A program made the position numbers and the translations under genes. DNA of 64,000 bases. It comes from Felis catus. Taxonomy: Eukaryota. The stretch lies in NCBI RefSeq assembly GCF_018350175.1, contig NC_058368.1, positions 8,680,001-8,744,000 on the forward strand, read 5' to 3'. This document shows positions 61,807-64,000 of the stretch, piece by piece. The notes below the pieces were generated by a model that was not told the origin of the DNA, did no database searches, and saw only the letters and a list, made by a program, of their open reading frames with translations. The number at the start of each line of letters is the position of its first letter. Positions within the stretch are counted from its first letter, which is position 1.

Positions 61807-62395
61807 AATTTTCATTATTTTTTCAAATAGTTCGGCTACATAAGAGATTTCCGAAAGCCGTGTGATCTTCATAACAGGAATTCTCTTCCACTTTGCATTA
61901 CTTCATAAAACATTGTAATGTACTGAATCTAATTTGGTCGTCACAGAAACTCTGAGAGGAAGGCAGAAAGCTTTCTCTTACAAAAGAGAGAAGGACAGCC
62001 CACAACTCAGAGTGTGAAACACTTGTCCAAGGTCATCCGATGGCATCAGGAAATAAACACAAGTTGTGTATGTTTCCAGTGCCTTTTCCGTAATATTATC
62101 AGTATCAGATGGGGGCTATCAAAATTCTGTCATCCACAGTGTGTCTATTATAACATCAAGTTTCGTGTTACCACAAAGGTAGCAGTAAGAGAATGGCACC
62201 AAGGACTTCTTGCCTCAGGCTAGGTCCTCCTTGAGATGGCCTGGTATAGAGTTCGGGGTGATGCCATGACCACTGGGTTGGCTTCTGTTACTCCTGGCTC
62301 GTAGCTCAGCACCCTGATACACAATCTGCAGGTTTTCCTTAAAATTCCAAATAATGCCTTTAAGAGGAGTAGGAGCCTTTTCATAGAAGCTGAAA

Positions 62396-62397
<2 letters not shown>

Positions 62398-62438
<41 letters not shown>
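62398..62438. repeat. (GT)n microsatellite
   Basis: About 20 GT units. Confidence 0.95.
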
Positions 62439-62441
<3 letters not shown>

Positions 62442-62975
62442 ACACTCACCTAGCCCTCCCTGAGTGGAGACGTGCGTGTGATTTTCTCCAGAGGCAAAAT
62501 TTAAGTCTGTACTTTCTTGGTTCCTTCTTATGATGAACCATCACTTTCTTTGTCAAAAATTCAAGTATACCTTCTTTCAAGCTGACCTACGAGGCATCCA
62601 GTGGATTTACTGGACTTGCTCTTCTAAGTTAAAAACATGATGATGATAATTGCTTTCTTCCTTATTCCAGACCAACATATTGTTGCTCTTCCTTGACCAG
62701 TTCAGTTACTGGGTTCCTGAGTATCTGTGCTGGGGATAGAATAGTCTGGAGATAGAAAGATGAGTGAGACACAGTTCCTGTCCCAAAAAGGTTCACAGGC
62801 TGGTGGTGGAGAAGCACAAAAAAATAGTTGCAGAAACATTGTTAAGTGTTATAATGAACTATTATTATACAGTCTAATGTTGATCATCTTGCTTGGCCTC
62901 AGCCCAGCCAACCTCATGGAGAGGTTTATGTTGCAGTGCTAGCTGGTCTAAGGTATGTTCTGTCATAGAATGTCT

Positions 62976-63089
62976 GGGGGGCTCAGTTGGTTGAGCGTGC
63001 AACTCTTGATTTCAGCTCAGGTCATGATCCTAAGGTCATGGGATTGAGCTCCACATTGAGCCCCACACAGAGTGTGGAACCTGCTTAAG

Positions 63090-63139
<50 letters not shown>

Positions 63140-63190
63140 CCCCTCTGACCCTCTCCCCAGCTCATGCCCCCCCCAAACTAAAATTAAAAA
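62976..63190 (+). mobile_element. Can-SINE (older subfamily) with (CT)n expansion
   Basis: ggctcagttggttgagcgtgcaactcttgatttcagctcaggtcatgatc. Confidence 0.9.
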
Positions 63191-64000
63191 GGAAGGAAAA
63201 AGAAAGATATGTTCTTTCCTTTCCCCATCCATCCCATCCATCAAGAGAGTAAGATCAGTGAGGGAGAAGCCATATTTGCTTTGTTGCCCAGCTAGGGTAA
63301 GGAGACCACACACATTGCTTAAAATCCCAGAGAAAATGGAATTGAGATGTCAGGGAAAGGTATGGATTGGGAAAATGAAGCCAAAAGCTCATTTTAAAGA
63401 TGTCAGGACTTTGTCTTCCAAGTTTTATCTAATTCTAACACCTAAGGCTTTCTTGCATTTCAAAGTTATTGCTAAAAGGTGAATTTTATCACTGCACGTT
63501 AGCTTTGCATTTATCCCATGGATTGGAATTTCTAAGTTAAATAAAATCTAGTTTCAGAAATAAAATCAGCTTTCACATTGCCTTGTGTCATCAAAGCTTC
63601 TTCAAAATGAGAAGGTAGGCATGCAGATTACCACTAAATCCCAAATCATTGGATTTCTTGGGACTGTAAGGTGTCTGGGTATGTTAATTACTTAGATAAT
63701 GCCAACCCTTGTTTTTTTTAACCCGTGTTGTTGGGAACATTTCTGAACTGCAATGCTCTGCTTCGTTCCCTTGGCGATTCCAGGCTAATGACGGCAGAGC
63801 TCTTGTATCTTTGGGTCATCTGCTCAATTACTGTCACCCGTAATTGTAGATGCAACACGTTTCCCAACAGAAATACCCTGGGATGCTTGGGCTGTTGCTT
63901 TAACCTAGATTTCATCCTGGTTCATTCATTCAGCAAACATCTAAGTACTTATTTTCAGCCATAGGGTGACTTGGATTCAAGGATAATTAGAAAAGTTCTT

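Larger units (their letters stand above)
60657..64000 (+). other. MTUS2: Start of the next MTUS2 intron
   Basis: GTAAGA donor at 60657. The next expected peptide (TKKDAQK..., from memory) is not seen before the window end. Confidence 0.8.

Noticed and set aside
1..64000. CRISPR arrays, operons, rRNA, numt or intact ERV/viral genes
   Set aside because: Eukaryotic intronic DNA; I saw no regularly spaced repeats and no mitochondrial-like or gag/pol/env-like sequence.

Overview
Mammalian (felid) genomic DNA: about 30 tRNA-derived Can-SINEs of the cat-type SINEC_Fc families, plus L1, L2, MIR, MaLR and hAT relics. The one well-supported coding feature is a 162-nt phase 1-1 internal exon at 60495-60656 (+). 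Its translation, [54 protein letters not shown] recognise from memory as MTUS2 (TIP150/CAZIP). The rest of the window is therefore most likely MTUS2 intron (>60 kb upstream, ~3.3 kb downstream). I see no new multi-gene system. The most interesting signals are splicing candidates in the long intron: an in-frame Pro/Ser-rich cassette exon with three in-phase acceptors (39013/39022/39031-39123), a recursive-splice-site-like branch point/CAG|GTAAGT (48472-48504), and a 30-nt microexon-like element (54047-54076). Also notable are a ~2.4-kb Charlie8/GTF2IRD2-like hAT transposase relic with an internal micro-inversion, micro-scale template-switch scars, nested SINE insertions with readable TSDs, and a ~450-bp pure-pyrimidine (CCT/TCT) repeat. 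Repeat family names and boundaries come from visual recognition, not from database searches, and are approximate.
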